DNA of 50,556 nt from Acidimicrobiales bacterium (GTDB lineage: Bacteria; Actinomycetota; Acidimicrobiia; Acidimicrobiales; RAAP-2), in NCBI GenBank assembly GCA_036495505.1, contig DASXMT010000451.1, positions 1-50,556 on the forward strand, in the 5' to 3' direction. Under the pieces are notes generated by a model. That model saw nothing but the letters and a program-made list of their open reading frames with translations. It made no database searches and was not told the DNA's origin. How positions within the stretch are numbered: the stretch's first letter is position 1; the number at the start of each line of letters is the position of its first letter. Made by a program: the position numbers and the translations under genes. Below, one piece after another: positions 48,260-50,556 of the stretch.

Positions 48260-49222
48260 TCAGTCGACCTCCTTGCGGAAGTGCGGGGTCTCGTGGTGCT
48301 CGCGGGTCCGGCGCTCGATCTCCTCGTCCTCGCTGAGGATGCGCTCGAGCTCGTCGGGGACCGCCGGGGTGGCCACGATGTCGGCGGTGTCCCGGTCGAC
48401 CATGTCGTCGGAAACCTCGGGCGACTCGGTGGCACCGTCGCCCACGACGACGCTGCCCGGCGCACCCTGCTCGGCCCGACGGCGACCGCCGCCGGCGGTG
48501 ATGAGCCGGCGCGGAGGGGCACCCTGGCCCGACGTCTCACCCACGGCCATGGCCGCCTCACGGTTGATCTTCTCCTCGGATGAGATCTTGTAGGGCAGGA
48601 TGTCGCCCTTGTAGATCCACACCTTCACGCCGATGCGGCCGAAGGTGGTCTTGGCCTCGCGGAAGCCATAGTCGATGTCGGCCCGGAGGGTATGCAGTGG
48701 CACCCGGCCTTCCCGGTAGGACTCCTTGCGGGCCATCTCCGAACCGCCGAGGCGGCCGGAGCACTGGACTCGGACACCAAGGGCGCCGGCCTTTTGCACC
48801 GTCTGGATGGCTCGCTTCATGGCCCGTCGAAAGGCGACCCGGCGGGCCAGCTGGTCGCAGATGCCCTGGGCGATGAGGGCGGCGTCCAGCTCGGGCTGCT
48901 TGATCTCTTGGATGTTCAGCTGAATGCGGTTGACCAGGCCGGTGATCTCTTCGATCTTCTTCTTCAGGCGGTCTGCCTCGGAGCCGCGGCGACCGATCAC
49001 GATGCCCGGGCGGGCGGTGTGGATGTCGACACGGAGGCGGTCACGGGTGCGCTCCACCTCGATGCGGCTGACCGCGGCCGACTCCAGCTGCGACATCAGA
49101 AAGTCGCGGATCTTCCAATCCTCGATCACGCAGTTCTGATAGTTGCGCTCTTCGAACCACCGAGATTTCCAATCGGTGGTCACGCCGAGGCGGAACCCGT
49201 AGGGGTTGACCTTCTGGCCCAT
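48260..49222 (-). CDS. rpsC: 30S ribosomal protein S3 with ~105-aa C-terminal extension
   Basis: [23 protein letters not shown] plus a KH domain. The core ends near [11 protein letters not shown], followed by a mixed Gly/Arg then acidic tail. Confidence 0.94.
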   Translation of the reverse strand: MGQKVNPYGFRLGVTTDWKSRWFEERNYQNCVIEDWKIRDFLMSQLESAAVSRIEVERTRDRLRVDIHTARPGIVIGRRGSEADRLKKKIEEITGLVNRIQLNIQEIKQPELDAALIAQGICDQLARRVAFRRAMKRAIQTVQKAGALGVRVQCSGRLGGSEMARKESYREGRVPLHTLRADIDYGFREAKTTFGRIGVKVWIYKGDILPYKISSEEKINREAAMAVGETSGQGAPPRRLITAGGGRRRAEQGAPGSVVVGDGATESPEVSDDMVDRDTADIVATPAVPDELERILSEDEEIERRTREHHETPHFRKEVD

Positions 49223-50020
49223 CTACTTGCCCTTCTTTTCGGCGGAATCGCCGCTCGTCTCGTCGGACGACGTCGCCTGGGCGTCGGCCCCTTCCTGGTC
49301 GGCTGTCTCGTCAGCCTCGTCAGCCTCGTCAGCCTCGTCGGTCACGTCGTCAGCCGTCTCGTCGGCGGCTTCGTCCTCGCCGGCTACCTCGTCGTCAGCT
49401 GCCTCGTCGTCGAATTCAGCCGCCTCGTCGTCGAACTCGGCCGCCTCGTCGTCGAACTCGTCTTCGCCGACCTCGTTGATCTCGTCCACCTCGTCGTCGA
49501 CGTCCAGGTCCGCCTCGATCTCGTCCACCTCCGGCGTCGGCGCCGGCCGCGTCGCCACCTCCGACTCGGCTCGCTGGCGGCGACGGGACCCGGCCACCCG
49601 GCGGGAGCGCTGGGTGCCGCTTGCCGCCTGCTTGGCTCGACGACGGGCCAGCCGCTCCTCGGGGAGGCGGCTGACGATGATGGTGACGTGCGAGGTGCGC
49701 TTGCGGATCCTGGTGGCCCGACCCCGGGCCCGGGGCCGCCAACGCTTGAGCGTGCTGCCCTCGTCGGCGTAACAGGCGGATACGAAGAGCTCCTCGCCGT
49801 TCAGCCCGTCGTTGTGAACGGCATTGGCCACGGCCGAGGCCAGCACCTTGCCGATGATGGTCGCCGCCTCGCGGTCGCCGAGGTCCAGGATCTCGGCGGC
49901 ACGGTCGACGTCCTGGCCGCGGATGAGGTCGAGGACCTGGCGCGCCTTGTTCGGAGAGATCCGGGTATGGCGAAGGACGGCCCGCGTCCCCTCCCGCTCG
50001 TTTGTCTTCACGCCGGGCAT
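49223..50020 (-). CDS. rplV: 50S ribosomal protein L22 with ~140-aa basic-then-acidic C-terminal extension
   Basis: The core is RAVLRHTRISPNKARQVLDLIRG...RIRKRTSHVTIIV. The tail has an RRRAK..RRRQR segment, then EFDDEAA x3 and DEA repeats. The chosen ATG at 50020 lies 1 nt after the rpsS stop. Confidence 0.9.
   Translation of the reverse strand: MPGVKTNEREGTRAVLRHTRISPNKARQVLDLIRGQDVDRAAEILDLGDREAATIIGKVLASAVANAVHNDGLNGEELFVSACYADEGSTLKRWRPRARGRATRIRKRTSHVTIIVSRLPEERLARRRAKQAASGTQRSRRVAGSRRRQRAESEVATRPAPTPEVDEIEADLDVDDEVDEINEVGEDEFDDEAAEFDDEAAEFDDEAADDEVAGEDEAADETADDVTDEADEADEADETADQEGADAQATSSDETSGDSAEKKGK
49310..49463 (-). repeat. In-frame tandem repeats inside the rplV tail (3 x 9 bp and 3 x 21 bp)
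   Basis: GTCAGCCTC occurs three times (49310-49336). GCCTCGTCGTCGAA(T/C)TC... units of 21 bp occur three times (49401-49463). Confidence 0.85.
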
Positions 50021-50021
50021 G

Positions 50022-50300
50022 TCAGCGCCTTCCCGCCCGCTCTTGGCCGGCATGGAACTTGAAGGTCCGGGTGGGGGAGAACTCCCCCAGCTTGTGGCCG
50101 ACCATCGACTCGGTCACGTAGACGGGGACGTGCTTGCGCCCGTCGTGGACGGCGATGGTGTGACCAACCATGTCCGGGATGATCGTCGAGCGGCGGGACC
50201 ACGTCTTGATGACTCTCTTGTCCCCGGCCGCGTTCAGGACGTCCACCTTCTTCAACAGGTGGTCGTCGACGAACGGACCTTTCTTCAAGCTGCGAGGCAT
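50022..50300 (-). CDS. rpsS: 30S ribosomal protein S19
   Basis: 92 aa starting [19 protein letters not shown], with GHKLGEF. Confidence 0.96.
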   Translation of the reverse strand: MPRSLKKGPFVDDHLLKKVDVLNAAGDKRVIKTWSRRSTIIPDMVGHTIAVHDGRKHVPVYVTESMVGHKLGEFSPTRTFKFHAGQERAGRR

Positions 50301-50323
50301 GGTGTGTGGTTCCCTCTACTTCC

Positions 50324-50556
50324 CTACCGCCGGGCACCGCGTGTGCGGCGCCTGCGGACGATCATGGTGTCGGAGTCCTTGTGACGTGGACGGGTGCGAC
50401 CCTCGGGCTTGCCCCAGGGCGAGACCGGATGGCGGCCACCGGAGGACTTGCCCTCGCCACCACCCAACGGGTGGTCGACCGGGTTCATGGCCACACCACG
50501 AGTTTGGGGGCGCTTGCCCTTCCACCGATTACGGCCGGCCTTGCCGATCTTGATCA
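50324..50556 (-). CDS. rplB: 50S ribosomal protein L2, C-terminal fragment (gene continues beyond the window edge)
   Basis: Hand translation of the minus strand gives ...[52 protein letters not shown]...[10 protein letters not shown], with the stop TAG at 50326-50324. It is absent from the ORF track because no start lies within the window. Confidence 0.92.
   Translation of the reverse strand, partial: IKIGKAGRNRWKGKRPQTRGVAMNPVDHPLGGGEGKSSGGRHPVSPWGKPEGRTRPRHKDSDTMIVRRRRTRGARR

Noticed and set aside
47396-49463. CRISPR-like interpretation of the short perfect repeats at 47396-47503 and 49310-49463
   Set aside because: The units are contiguous with no spacers, are multiples of 3 bp, and lie in frame inside rpmC and rplV. 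They encode Asp/Glu-rich peptide repeats, and no cas genes are present.

Overview
Very GC-rich, gene-dense core chromosome segment with Actinomycetota-type gene order. I cannot place it more precisely without a database search. I call 62 protein genes, 55 of them on the minus strand. Reading left to right: folD-purH-purN; a secreted hypothetical protein; an HxpB-like HAD phosphatase; sucDC; a stand-alone B12-binding domain; the decaprenyl-phospho-arabinose trio (DPPR synthase, dprE1, dprE2); a membrane phosphodiester-glycosidase-like protein; pcrA-guaA-guaB3; Nudix CoA pyrophosphatase; ybjQ; a small membrane protein; a serine hydrolase; groEL-groES with a perfect CIRCE operator; tsaD-rimI-tsaB-tsaE; a family-4 UDG; an alpha/beta hydrolase; alr; nnr; acpS; glmS; glmM; rpsI-rplM; truA; the alpha operon (rplQ, rpoA, rpsD, rpsK, rpsM, rpmJ, infA); map-adk-secY; the spc operon; and the distal S10 operon ending in a partial rplB. 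I see no tRNA, rRNA, CRISPR array, transposase, integrase or recognisable defence gene. I do not find a convincing novel multi-gene system, because this is housekeeping DNA. The leads worth a second look are smaller in scale. (1) L29, L22 and S3 carry long acidic, partly tandem-repeat C-terminal tails. (2) DprE1 carries a roughly 94-aa Lys/Ala-rich basic tail. (3) infA and the HAD phosphatase appear to start at CTG. (4) A regular array of G3 tracts with G-quadruplex potential lies in the groEL/hydrolase convergent spacer. (5) Short tandem or direct repeats occur at purH-folD, inside purH, upstream of sucC, in glmM-glmS and in truA. (6) Stop/start overlaps suggesting translational coupling are pervasive. 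All functional calls rest on my reading of the translated ORFs and motifs, since no BLAST, HMM or Rfam search could be run. The ORF track reports the longest ATG/GTG/TTG ORFs, so many starts were re-placed by hand.
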